32,000 nt of DNA from Rhizobiaceae bacterium (GTDB lineage Bacteria > Pseudomonadota > Alphaproteobacteria > Rhizobiales > Rhizobiaceae): NCBI GenBank assembly GCA_963921345.3, contig OZ001228.1, positions 670,536-702,535 of the forward strand, written 5' to 3'. Every line of letters begins with the position of its first letter. Within the stretch, counting starts at the first letter, position 1. Positions 17,177 to 26,455 of the stretch are shown here, one piece after another. The position numbers and the translations under genes were made by a program. The notes beneath the pieces were generated by a model. It did not search any database and was not told the DNA's origin. It saw only the letters and a program-made list of their open reading frames with translations.

Positions 17177-17629
17177 ATGAAAACTGTGAGGCAGGAGTTC
17201 AACAAATGCTGCCTCGTAACAAATTGCAGAAGAGACGGCTGCTCCGTCGATCTCAGAGGGATTGCTCATCCTTACCTACTTGTTGATTTCGACAGTCGTT
17301 GTGCTCCTTTCAAGCAGCATGAAACACGCTGTGACTACCTGTTGATTGGGGAAGGCAATCCCGCGCTGGTGGTGCCTATTGAACTGACTCGGGGCCGAAA
17401 AAAACAAAATATCTTGGTTCGGCAATTACAGGCTGGTGCCGAAGCGGCAGAAAGTGTTCTGCCTGACAATTTGGCCGTGCAATTTCAGCCCGTTCTTGTG
17501 GGTAAGTCAAAAAAATACAACCTGTCCAGCGGGAGAGAGCCGACAGTCAGCTTTCGAGGCAAGTCGGAGGGCATCTTAAAGATCGATTGCGGCGGCGTGC
17601 TGAAAGATGCATTGAGGAAAGCGAAATGA
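17177..17629 (+). CDS. hypothetical 150-aa protein; Cys cluster plus a weak nuclease-like D...ExT/R motif
   Basis: ATG 17177 (residue 6 of ORF 17162..17629) with AAAGG 8 nt upstream. CCLVTNCRRDGC near the N-terminus. CDYLLIGEGNPALVVPIELTRGRKK (D at 17333, E at 17381). Stop overlaps the methyltransferase ATG. AT-rich like the preceding ATPase gene. Confidence 0.6.
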   Translation: MKTVRQEFNKCCLVTNCRRDGCSVDLRGIAHPYLLVDFDSRCAPFKQHETRCDYLLIGEGNPALVVPIELTRGRKKQNILVRQLQAGAEAAESVLPDNLAVQFQPVLVGKSKKYNLSSGREPTVSFRGKSEGILKIDCGGVLKDALRKAK

Positions 17630-20550
17630 CGCATAGCCGCAAGAAAAAGCTGATCGAAGTCGCGATACCGCTGGATGTCATCAACGCTGCATCGGCGCGT
17701 GAGAAGTCGATTCGTCACGGGCATCCCTCGACGCTGCATCTGTGGTGGGCGCGTCGGCCATTGGCGGCTTGCCGGGCGGTGCTGTTCGCGCAGCTTGTCG
17801 ATGATCCTTCGGAGCATGTCGAGGACCTGCTCGGCGATCCCGATCTTCGGAAAGCGGCCGAAAAGGAACTGGCCGAAAGACTGGAGAAGCGCGGGAAGGA
17901 AAAGCAAGACGGTAGCGTCAATGCGGCGGATGACAGGCCGGTGACGCTGGAGGATGTGATCGTTGAACGCGAACGCCGACGCCTGTTCGCGATCATCGGG
18001 GATCTGGTGCGGTGGGAGAACTCGACGAACGAAGAAGTGCTTGAGCGCGCCCGAGCCGAAATCCGTCGAAGCTGCGGTGGCGAAATGCCGCCGGTCTACG
18101 ATCCATTCTCCGGCGGCGGGTCGATTCCACTGGAAGCGCAGCGCTTCGGACTGCCTGCTTTTGGCTCCGATCTCAATCCGGTGGCGGTGATGATCGGCAA
18201 GGCGATGATCGAAATCCCGCCGAAATTCAGGGACCAGCCGCCGGTGCATACGGACGTACGGGAGCGGCAGTTCTACCGCAATGCCGAAGGGCTGGCGGAG
18301 GACGTCAAGCACTATGGCGCGTGGATGCGCGAGCAGGCCTGGTCTCGCATCGGTCACCTCTACCCGGATGTTGAACTGCCGGAGGACGAGGGTGGCGAAG
18401 AGGCGACGGTGATCGCCTGGATCTGGGCGCGCACGGTACCGAGCCCGGACCCGGCTTTTTCGGATGTGCATGTGCCGATTGCCTCCAGCTTCCTGCTGAG
18501 TTCCAAGCCGGGCAAGAAAGGAGCCTGGATTGAACCGGTGGTTGACCGGCAGGCCAGGACGATTGCCTACCGCATCAGACGCGGCGGCACAAAGGACGAG
18601 ATTGCCAAGGTTAGAGAGGGGACCAAGGCCGGGCGCGGTGCGAATTTCCGTTGCCTGATGTCCGGCACGGCGATCACGCCGGATTATGTCAAGAGCAAAG
18701 GCAAGTCCGGACAGATGGGTCAAACGCTCATGGCCATTGTTGCCGAGGGCAAAACTGGCAGGGCCTACGTGGCACCGTCGGTCGAGCATGAGACAATCGC
18801 GTTTTCTGCCGAACCCAAGTGGAAGCCGGACACAAACCTGCCGGATGATCCACGGAATTTCTGGACGGTGGATTACGGCATGAAGACCTTCGGCGATCTT
18901 TTCACCGACCGTCAGTTGGTTGCGTTGAACACGTTCAGCGACTTGGTGCATGATGTGCGGGCGCAGGTGGAAGCGGACGCGCGTGAGGCGGGCCTGTCCT
19001 TTGATGACATACCACTGCGTGACGGCGGCAGCGGCGCAAAGGCCTACGCCGAGGCGGTGAGCGTGTATCTGGGGTTTGCGATTACCCGTCTGGCAGACCG
19101 CGGCAGCACTATTTGCGGCTGGGATTCTGGATATACGAAGATTCGCAACACATTTGGACGCCAAGCCATCCCCATGACCTGGGATTTTGCAGAAGGCAAT
19201 CCATTTTCAGATTCAACAGGCAATTGGAAATCATGTGTTGCTTGGATTTGGAAGGTTTTGGACGCGCTGGTTCCAGTTGGTTCTGGAAACGAGCGCCAGC
19301 ATGACGCCCAAACGGTCAACTATCCCGCCGATACCGTTATTTCGACCGACCCGCCCTACTACGACAATATCGGCTACGCTGATCTGTCCGATTTCTTCTT
19401 CTGCTGGATGAAGCCAGTCATCCGCCCCGTATATCCTGATCTGTTTGGAATATTGGCCGCACCCAAAGCGGAGGAACTGGTCGCCACTCCTTACCGCCAC
19501 GGTGGCAGGGAGGCAGCAGAAGCTTTCTTCCTTGATGGAATGAGCCGTGCCATCGGCAACATGGCGCGGCAGGCCAGCGATTTGTTTCCGGCCACGATCT
19601 ACTACGCCTTCAAGCAGAGCGAGGTCGACCGGGAAGGCATGAGTTCCACGGGATGGGCGACGTTCCTGCAAGCGGTGATCGATGCCGGATTTGCGGTCGT
19701 TGGCACATGGCCGATGCGAACGGAGATGGCAAACCGGATGATTGCGTCAGGCACCAACGCCCTTGCCAACTCCGTCGTCCTCGTCTGCCGCAAGAAGGCG
19801 GCCGATGCCGAGGTGATCACCCGCACCGAGTTCACCCGCGCCCTGAAGCGCGAATTACCGTCGGCGATTGGCGCACTTCGAACGGCCAACATCGCGCCCG
19901 CCGACATGCCGCAATCGGCGATCGGACCGGGCATGGGTATCTTCTCGCGCCACGCGGCCGTGCTGGAATCCGACGACAGCCCGATGCCGATGAAGACCGC
20001 GCTACAGCTCATCAATCACGAACTCGACGCGTTCCTGAACGATGTTCAGGGCGAATTCGATGCCGACACCCGTTTTGCCATCACCTGGTTCGAGCAAAAT
20101 GGCATGACCGCCAGCGATTACGGCACGGCAAACAACCTCGCCACGGCCCGCGGCCTTTCGGTCGAGAGTGTCAAACATGCCGGCATCGTCGAAAGTCGGG
20201 CTGGCAAGGTGCGCATTCTGAAGCGCGACGAATTGCCGGTCGAATGGGACCCGGCGACCGACACGCACCTTGCGGTCTGGAAGTGCTGCCAATACCTCAT
20301 CAGGACACTCGAAAACGATGGCGAACAGGCCACGGCCATGCTCTTGAAGAGGATCGGTGCGGACAAGGCTGATGCCGCCAAGGAACTCGCCTACTGCCTC
20401 TATGATATATGCGCCAACAAACGCGGAGACGCGAATGAAGCGACGTCTTACAACGCGCTGATCGCGGACTGGCCGGAACTGACACGGCAGGCGGCCAGGA
20501 TCCATGAAACCGATCTCGACGGCGACCCGCAGACCGCGATGAATTTGTGA
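17626..20550 (+). CDS. DUF1156-domain DNA methyltransferase (gamma-type motif order, DPPY)
   Basis: ATG 17626 overlaps the upstream TGA. The N-terminus KKLIEVAIPLDVINAASAREKSIRHGHPSTLHLWWARRPLAACRAV is the DUF1156 signature. AdoMet motif DPFSGGGS...GSDLNPVAV. Catalytic DPPY at 19348-19359. Confidence 0.85.
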   Translation: MTHSRKKKLIEVAIPLDVINAASAREKSIRHGHPSTLHLWWARRPLAACRAVLFAQLVDDPSEHVEDLLGDPDLRKAAEKELAERLEKRGKEKQDGSVNAADDRPVTLEDVIVERERRRLFAIIGDLVRWENSTNEEVLERARAEIRRSCGGEMPPVYDPFSGGGSIPLEAQRFGLPAFGSDLNPVAVMIGKAMIEIPPKFRDQPPVHTDVRERQFYRNAEGLAEDVKHYGAWMREQAWSRIGHLYPDVELPEDEGGEEATVIAWIWARTVPSPDPAFSDVHVPIASSFLLSSKPGKKGAWIEPVVDRQARTIAYRIRRGGTKDEIAKVREGTKAGRGANFRCLMSGTAITPDYVKSKGKSGQMGQTLMAIVAEGKTGRAYVAPSVEHETIAFSAEPKWKPDTNLPDDPRNFWTVDYGMKTFGDLFTDRQLVALNTFSDLVHDVRAQVEADAREAGLSFDDIPLRDGGSGAKAYAEAVSVYLGFAITRLADRGSTICGWDSGYTKIRNTFGRQAIPMTWDFAEGNPFSDSTGNWKSCVAWIWKVLDALVPVGSGNERQHDAQTVNYPADTVISTDPPYYDNIGYADLSDFFFCWMKPVIRPVYPDLFGILAAPKAEELVATPYRHGGREAAEAFFLDGMSRAIGNMARQASDLFPATIYYAFKQSEVDREGMSSTGWATFLQAVIDAGFAVVGTWPMRTEMANRMIASGTNALANSVVLVCRKKAADAEVITRTEFTRALKRELPSAIGALRTANIAPADMPQSAIGPGMGIFSRHAAVLESDDSPMPMKTALQLINHELDAFLNDVQGEFDADTRFAITWFEQNGMTASDYGTANNLATARGLSVESVKHAGIVESRAGKVRILKRDELPVEWDPATDTHLAVWKCCQYLIRTLENDGEQATAMLLKRIGADKADAAKELAYCLYDICANKRGDANEATSYNALIADWPELTRQAARIHETDLDGDPQTAMNL

Positions 20551-20563
20551 AGGACCGCGACGC

Positions 20564-23500
20564 ATGGCCAAGAGTACACGTCAATATGTCTTCGAGGGGA
20601 TGGAACTTTTGCCGGAAGCGCTCATTGCGTTCGTCGAAAAGCGCCTTGAAAGTGCGGTGAAGGGCCACTGGCAGGTGGAGGTCGCGGAGCGGGTCTCTGG
20701 CCTTCGGGTGACCGGTGGCACCGTTTCCTGGGACCAGCAGGGCTTGCTGAGGGCCATGATGGCGTTCTGGAAAGATTGCTTCGCTGCCGTGCTCGGTCAT
20801 CAGGAACGGTCCCATGTTTCCGAACTGCTCGATGTCAGGAACCGGCTGTCGCACAACGAGACCTTCACCTATGACGACGCGGAACGGGCGCTCGACACGA
20901 TGCGTCGGTTGATGGAGGCGATCAGTGCCGGCGAGACCGCCGCGAAGATTGGCAAGATGCGCGACACGATCCTGCGCACCAAATATGCGGAGTTGCAGCG
21001 CAACGAGGAACGCCGCAAGACAAGACGGCTGAACCTTTCGGTGGAAACGGTTGCGGGTCTGCTGCCGTGGCGCGAGGTGGTGGAACCGCATCAGGATGTT
21101 GCGACCGGCGAGTTCCAGCAGGCCGAATTTGCTGCCGATCTTGGCAAGGTGCATGCGGGCAGCGCACCTTCGGAATATCAGAACCCGCAGGAATTCTTCA
21201 GCCGCACCTATCTGACCGAGGGATTGGGCACACTGCTTGCCGGCGCGGCCAGACGCCTGTCGGGGGCGGGCGGCGATCCTGTTGTTGACCTGCAGACCAA
21301 TTTCGGCGGCGGCAAGACGCACGCGATGCTGGCGCTTTACCATATGGCGGGCGGCACGCCGTCGGGGGATCTGCCCGGCCTCGATCAACTGCTTTCTGAT
21401 CAGGAACTCGAAGTCCCGGAAAAGATCAGCCGGGCTGTGCTCGTCGGCACGGCGCGCGGGCCGCATGACCCGGTCCGTGGCGATGATGGGCACGAGGTCC
21501 GCACGACCTGGGGCGAACTTGCCTGGCAACTCGGCGGCGCGGACGCCTATGGGATGATCTCCGACAATGACGCGAAGGGCATCGCGCCCGGTTCTAACCT
21601 GCTGGAGGCGATCTTCAGGAAATGCTCGCCCTGCCTGATTCTGATCGATGAATGGGTCGCCTATCTGCGGCAGATCTACAAGGTCGACGGCCTTCCGTCC
21701 GGCTCGTTCGACGCCAATCTGTCCTTCGTCCAGTCCCTGACGGAAGCCGTCAAGGCGAGCCCCGGCACGCTGCTCGTCGCCTCGCTGCCCGCCTCGCAGA
21801 TCGAGGTCGGCGGTGAAGGCGGACAGGAAGCACTGGTGCGACTGAAGCAGACGTTCAGCCGTGTGGAATCGTCATGGCGTCCGGCGTCGCAGGAAGAGAG
21901 CTACGAGATCGTCCGCCGCCGGCTGTTCAAGGACATTCCGGGCGACAGGCATCACCACAAGGACAACACGCTGAAGCAGTTCGCGAAGCTCTACCGGGAG
22001 AACGCCAACGATTTTCCGCAGGGCTGTGCGGACGAGGACTACCGGCGCAAGCTGGAAAAAGCCTACCCGATTCATCCAGAACTGTTCGACCAGTTGTACA
22101 CGGGTTGGGGATCGCTGGAGAAATTCCAGCGTACACGTGGCGTGCTGCGGCTGATGGCACAGGTCATTCACGAATTGTGGATGGGCAACGATCCCTCGGT
22201 GATGATCATGCCGGGCGGCGTGGCGGTCGGCTCGGCTAGGGTCGAACCGGAACTGCTGCACTATCTCGACGTGAACTGGCAATCGATCATCGCCGCCGAT
22301 GTCGACGGCGAGGCCGCGACACCCTACAGGATCGACCAGTCCGCCCCGAACCTGAACCGCTATTCGGCGACGAGGCGCGTGGCGCGCGCGGTGTTCATGG
22401 GTTCGGCCCCTACGCACCGGGAACAGAACCGGGGGCTTGACGACAGGCAGATCAACCTCGGCGTCATCCAACCGGGCGAGAAGACCGCCATTTTCGGCGA
22501 CGCTCTGCGCCGTCTGACCAACCAGGCGCGGTTCATGCACAGCGATATGGGGCGCACTTGGTATTCTACATCGCAAAGCCTCAATCGCCTGGCCGCCGAC
22601 CGGGCCGGGCAGATCGAGGAAGCGCTCGTGCTGATGGAAGTCGACAAGGCGTTGAAGACGTATATGGACGGGATCGGCGACCGCGGGCATTTCGATGCGG
22701 TACAGGTGGCACCGTCCTCATCGGCCGACATTCCTGACGAGGGGGGCGGCGTTCGCGCTGTGGTGCTCGGTGTTGCGCACCCCCATTCGGTCCGTGACGG
22801 GTCGGAGGCGCTGGTCGAAGCAAAGGATATCCTGATGCAGCGTGGTGCGACACAACGCGTCTACCGCAATACGCTGGTGTTCCTGGCCGCCGACGCCCGG
22901 CAGGTCGACAACCTCAAGGATGGCGTTCGCTCGGTACTGGCATGGAACGGGATCGTTCGCGACACGGAACGTCTTGACCTGACACAGAGCGGCAGCGCTC
23001 TCGCCAAGCAAAGGGCGCAGGAAGCGGACGAGACGGTCATCACACGTCTTCGCGAATGCTGGTGTTACCTCATCTATCCATATCAGGAGAACGCGCAGGC
23101 GGATGTCGAATGGACATCCGGCAAGGTTTCGACGCAGGATGGCCTGCTACACCGGTCCGGCAAGATGCTGGTGAGCGATAACACGCTGCTGCCGGAACTC
23201 GGTCCCCAGCGTCTCGATCGCGATCTGAAGCGCTATATCTGGAAAGACAAGCCGCACCTTTCGCTGAAGGAGTTATGGGACTATCTCAACCGCTATACCT
23301 ATCTGCCGCGATTGAAAGACCGCGAGGTTCTGGCAAGGGCCGTGCAGGCAGCCGTATCGGGCCTTTTACCCGGCCCGTTCGCCTATGCGCAAATGTGGGA
23401 CGAGGAAACGCAGACCTATTGCGGCCTCATCATCGACAATGCAATCGCCGCGCCTGTCGTGATTGACGACGACAGCGTGATCGTCGCGGCGGAAGTGGCG

Positions 23501-23857
23501 AAGCGCCACCGGCCCGAACCGGTGCCCGAAGGTGCCAATGCGGGGTTTGATGAGGAAGATGGCAAAGGCGGTTACCAATCTGCAACCACAGGCCCGGGCG
23601 ACCCGAAGGCCGGCCAGGAAGAACGCCTGCCGACGCGCTTTACCGGAACGGTGATGATCTCGTCCGAGCGGCCGGCCCGCGACATGAACAAGATCATCGA
23701 GGCGATTATCGACCAGTTGACGATGCTGCCCGGCAGCGAGGTAACCCTGACGCTGGAAATCGACGCGGAAGTTTCCGAAGGGCTCGACCGGTCGAAGGTC
23801 CGTACGCTGATCGAGAATGCTGGCACGCTCGGATTCAACGAAAAGTCGGTGCGGTAA
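20564..23857 (+). CDS. DUF499-type P-loop ATPase with N-terminal Swt1-like HEPN domain
   Basis: RNRLSH (Rx4H) at 20837-20854. Walker A NFGGGKTH (~21301-21324). Walker B LILIDEW. 1097 aa. Starts 13 nt after the methyltransferase stop, with an AAGGA RBS. Confidence 0.8.
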   Translation: MAKSTRQYVFEGMELLPEALIAFVEKRLESAVKGHWQVEVAERVSGLRVTGGTVSWDQQGLLRAMMAFWKDCFAAVLGHQERSHVSELLDVRNRLSHNETFTYDDAERALDTMRRLMEAISAGETAAKIGKMRDTILRTKYAELQRNEERRKTRRLNLSVETVAGLLPWREVVEPHQDVATGEFQQAEFAADLGKVHAGSAPSEYQNPQEFFSRTYLTEGLGTLLAGAARRLSGAGGDPVVDLQTNFGGGKTHAMLALYHMAGGTPSGDLPGLDQLLSDQELEVPEKISRAVLVGTARGPHDPVRGDDGHEVRTTWGELAWQLGGADAYGMISDNDAKGIAPGSNLLEAIFRKCSPCLILIDEWVAYLRQIYKVDGLPSGSFDANLSFVQSLTEAVKASPGTLLVASLPASQIEVGGEGGQEALVRLKQTFSRVESSWRPASQEESYEIVRRRLFKDIPGDRHHHKDNTLKQFAKLYRENANDFPQGCADEDYRRKLEKAYPIHPELFDQLYTGWGSLEKFQRTRGVLRLMAQVIHELWMGNDPSVMIMPGGVAVGSARVEPELLHYLDVNWQSIIAADVDGEAATPYRIDQSAPNLNRYSATRRVARAVFMGSAPTHREQNRGLDDRQINLGVIQPGEKTAIFGDALRRLTNQARFMHSDMGRTWYSTSQSLNRLAADRAGQIEEALVLMEVDKALKTYMDGIGDRGHFDAVQVAPSSSADIPDEGGGVRAVVLGVAHPHSVRDGSEALVEAKDILMQRGATQRVYRNTLVFLAADARQVDNLKDGVRSVLAWNGIVRDTERLDLTQSGSALAKQRAQEADETVITRLRECWCYLIYPYQENAQADVEWTSGKVSTQDGLLHRSGKMLVSDNTLLPELGPQRLDRDLKRYIWKDKPHLSLKELWDYLNRYTYLPRLKDREVLARAVQAAVSGLLPGPFAYAQMWDEETQTYCGLIIDNAIAAPVVIDDDSVIVAAEVAKRHRPEPVPEGANAGFDEEDGKGGYQSATTGPGDPKAGQEERLPTRFTGTVMISSERPARDMNKIIEAIIDQLTMLPGSEVTLTLEIDAEVSEGLDRSKVRTLIENAGTLGFNEKSVR

Positions 23858-23917
23858 GACGCAGAAGTCTACCGGCGTTCAATTTGTGTTGCGACGCTAT
23901 TTGTGGGGTGACTCGAG

Positions 23918-25126
23918 ATGCAGGAATTGCTGACGGACCGTGAACTGGAAGCGCTTTTTCGCGACGGCGAGAGCGACAGGGTCGAGTTCAAGCGCAATGC
24001 GACCAATCTTGACAGGATCAGGCAGGCGGTCTGTGCGTTCGCCAACGATCTTGCCAACAATCGCGCACCCGGTGTGGTGTTTGTCGGCGCGGAGGATGAC
24101 GGCCGCTGCGTCGATCTGGACATCGGCGATGATCTTCTCAGGCGCCTTGCACAGATCAGGGACGATGGCAGCCTGACAGCTTTTCCGGGCATGGAAGTAC
24201 GCAAGGTCGTTCTTTCCGGCTGCAACATGGTGGTTATTGTCGTTCAGCCATCGGACAACCCGCCCGTGCGCTTCAACGGACGAACCTGGATCCGGGTCGG
24301 CCCGCGCCGGGCAATCGCGACGCCGGAAGAAGAAACGCGGCTTGTGGAAAAGCGCCGCTTCGCCAACCTCGCCTTCGACGCAAGGCCGGTGCCCGGCGCA
24401 ACCATAGACGATCTTGATCTGGATCGCTTCCGCTCGGAATACCTGCCGGCCCTTGTTTCCCATGACACCATTGCCCGGAACCGCAGGTCGGAAGCGCAAC
24501 AACTCCTGGCGCTGCGTCTCACCGGCAAGAACGGCGTTCCGACCGCCACGGCCATCCTCATGCTAGGCAAGTCTCCGCAGGATCATTTCCCGGGCGCGCA
24601 TATAGCATGGAGACGGGTGGACGGAACCGATGTGACGGGCGAGACAATCGACGAGAAAGTTCTGACTGGCACGATTGCAGATCAGCTTCGCAGGATCGAC
24701 GACATCATCGATGCAGCCAATGCCCACGGCGTGGAGATGGGCCGGTCGACCCATGCGAGGACCGCCGACTATCCGCTGGAAGCACTCCAGCAGTTGGTAC
24801 GCAATGCGGTGATGCATCGCACCTATGAGGGAACAGCCGCGCCCGTGCGCGTGACCATGTATTCGGATCGGATCGAGATATTGAACCCGGGCGGCCCGTT
24901 CGGGGCCGTGACGCCCGAGACGTTTGGATTGCCCGGCGTCACCGACTATCGCAATCCCACGCTTTCGGAGGCACTGAAGGGTTACGGATTCGTCGAGCGG
25001 TTCGGCCAGGGTTTGGAAATCGCCCGTCGCTCCCTTGAAGCAAACGGCCACGCGGCGCCGGAATTCGACTTCGAGCCACAAGTTGCCCCGGCCTGGACCA
25101 ATGTGACGGTGAGGAGGCATCCATGA
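23918..25126 (+). CDS. AlbA_2/Schlafen-like domain protein with HATPase_c_4-like C-terminal half (COG2865 type)
   Basis: N-terminus ESDRVEFKRNATNLDRIRQAVCAFANDLANNRAPGVVFVGAEDDG is typical of AlbA_2. Later ALQQLVRNAVMHRTYE...IEILNPGG resembles the ATPase-like module of this family. I see no C-terminal HTH. Confidence 0.7.
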   Translation: MQELLTDRELEALFRDGESDRVEFKRNATNLDRIRQAVCAFANDLANNRAPGVVFVGAEDDGRCVDLDIGDDLLRRLAQIRDDGSLTAFPGMEVRKVVLSGCNMVVIVVQPSDNPPVRFNGRTWIRVGPRRAIATPEEETRLVEKRRFANLAFDARPVPGATIDDLDLDRFRSEYLPALVSHDTIARNRRSEAQQLLALRLTGKNGVPTATAILMLGKSPQDHFPGAHIAWRRVDGTDVTGETIDEKVLTGTIADQLRRIDDIIDAANAHGVEMGRSTHARTADYPLEALQQLVRNAVMHRTYEGTAAPVRVTMYSDRIEILNPGGPFGAVTPETFGLPGVTDYRNPTLSEALKGYGFVERFGQGLEIARRSLEANGHAAPEFDFEPQVAPAWTNVTVRRHP

Positions 25127-26133
25127 AAACGATTGCATTCTTCAACAACAAGGGCGGCGTCGGCAAGACATCACTGCTTTATCACCTGGCGCACATGTTC
25201 GCCCTCGAGGGTTTGCGGGTCGTCGCGGCCGATCTTGATCCGCAGTCAAACCTGTCGGGCATGTTCCTTCAGGACCCGCGCATCGAGGACCTATGGTCGG
25301 CCGGGGGATCGGGGACCGTGCACTCCGCCATGCAACCGCTCATCGCCGGAACCGGCGATCTGCTGGAGGTAACCCCCGAGATCATCACCGATCGCCTTGC
25401 CCTGCTTGCGGGCGACCTGGGGCTTTCGGAGGTCGAGGACGAACTCTCGAACCAGTGGCCGCGTTGCCTGAACGGCGAAGAACGCGCTTTTCGGGTGACA
25501 GCGGCATTCGACCGCATGATACGGACCGCAGGCCGGGGTGCGGAAGCCGATATTGCGCTGATCGATGTCGGGCCTAACCTCGGCGCGATCAACCGCTGTG
25601 CGCTTGTTTCGGCGGACCATGTCGTCATTCCGATCGGAGCGGACCTGTTCTCGATCCGGGGCTTGCAGAATGTTGGACCGAAACTGCGGGAATGGCGGCG
25701 TCAATGGGGTCAGCGCCTTGATGCTCAACCGGGGGGACTGAATTTCGAATTGCCACCGGGCGACATGGAACCGATCGGCTATGTCGTATCAAGGTATTCG
25801 TCCTTCGGCCGTGGTGCCGCGAAATCGTTCCAGAGATGGCTGGATCGTGTGCCGCGCGTTTATGCTGAGGGCGTCTTGCAGGATGAAGTCACAACCAGCG
25901 ACATCGCTGCGGACACGAACCGGCTTGCACAACTCAAGGACTATCGGTCGCTGATGCCGATGGCGCAGGAAGCACGCAAACCCATGTTCATGCTCAAGCC
26001 GGCGGATGGGGCGATCGGCGGACACCAGACTGCAGTTCAGGATTGCTACAGAGCCTTCCAGGCACTGGCGGCAAAAATATGCGACCGCATTGCGCTGGAT
26101 CCTATCGACCGGTCTTCAGCATCATCGGGATAG
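25123..26133 (+). CDS. ParA/Soj-superfamily ATPase, long form (336 aa)
   Basis: ATG overlaps the upstream stop (ATGA). Deviant Walker A NNKGGVGKTS, DLDPQSNLS, Walker B-like IALIDVGP. About 100 aa C-terminal extension. No parB-like gene or obvious parS nearby. Confidence 0.75.
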   Translation: MKTIAFFNNKGGVGKTSLLYHLAHMFALEGLRVVAADLDPQSNLSGMFLQDPRIEDLWSAGGSGTVHSAMQPLIAGTGDLLEVTPEIITDRLALLAGDLGLSEVEDELSNQWPRCLNGEERAFRVTAAFDRMIRTAGRGAEADIALIDVGPNLGAINRCALVSADHVVIPIGADLFSIRGLQNVGPKLREWRRQWGQRLDAQPGGLNFELPPGDMEPIGYVVSRYSSFGRGAAKSFQRWLDRVPRVYAEGVLQDEVTTSDIAADTNRLAQLKDYRSLMPMAQEARKPMFMLKPADGAIGGHQTAVQDCYRAFQALAAKICDRIALDPIDRSSASSG

Positions 26134-26455
26134 CGATAATGGCGCGGCAAGCATGGAGACCGGGCGGGGTCGCGATGCAACCGTCATTGGCAACAATCCG
26201 AACAGGCGATGCCCGACCGGCGCTTGCGCCAGACGGTCTCCACAGCCGTCAGCACGACCGTGCTGATTGGCAGTGTGGTGGCGATTTCATCCGGCGACCG
26301 GAACCCGATCAGCGCTGATAACGATAGCTCCCGAGCAAGTGGCAAGATGTATGCTGTCATTGAATAGCCACGATCACAATTGGAGTGTTATCCAACAATT
26401 GATGGGGCGGTAAAAAGTCGATTCCACGGAGCATTGCTGTGCTTTATGATGAGGC

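Noticed and set aside
25123-26133. ParA-like gene as evidence of a plasmid partition locus or integrated plasmid
   Set aside because: There is no parB, centromere-like repeat array or replication gene nearby. The gene overlaps an AlbA_2-type gene instead.
26183-26359. 58-codon minus-strand ORF (MTAYILPLARELSLSALIGFRSPDEIATTLPISTVVLTAVETVWRKRRSGIACSDCCQ) in the gap between the ParA-like gene and the IS
   Set aside because: It is below the track threshold, has no clear RBS and no recognisable family. It may be a small hydrophobic peptide or a gene remnant, but it is unsupported.
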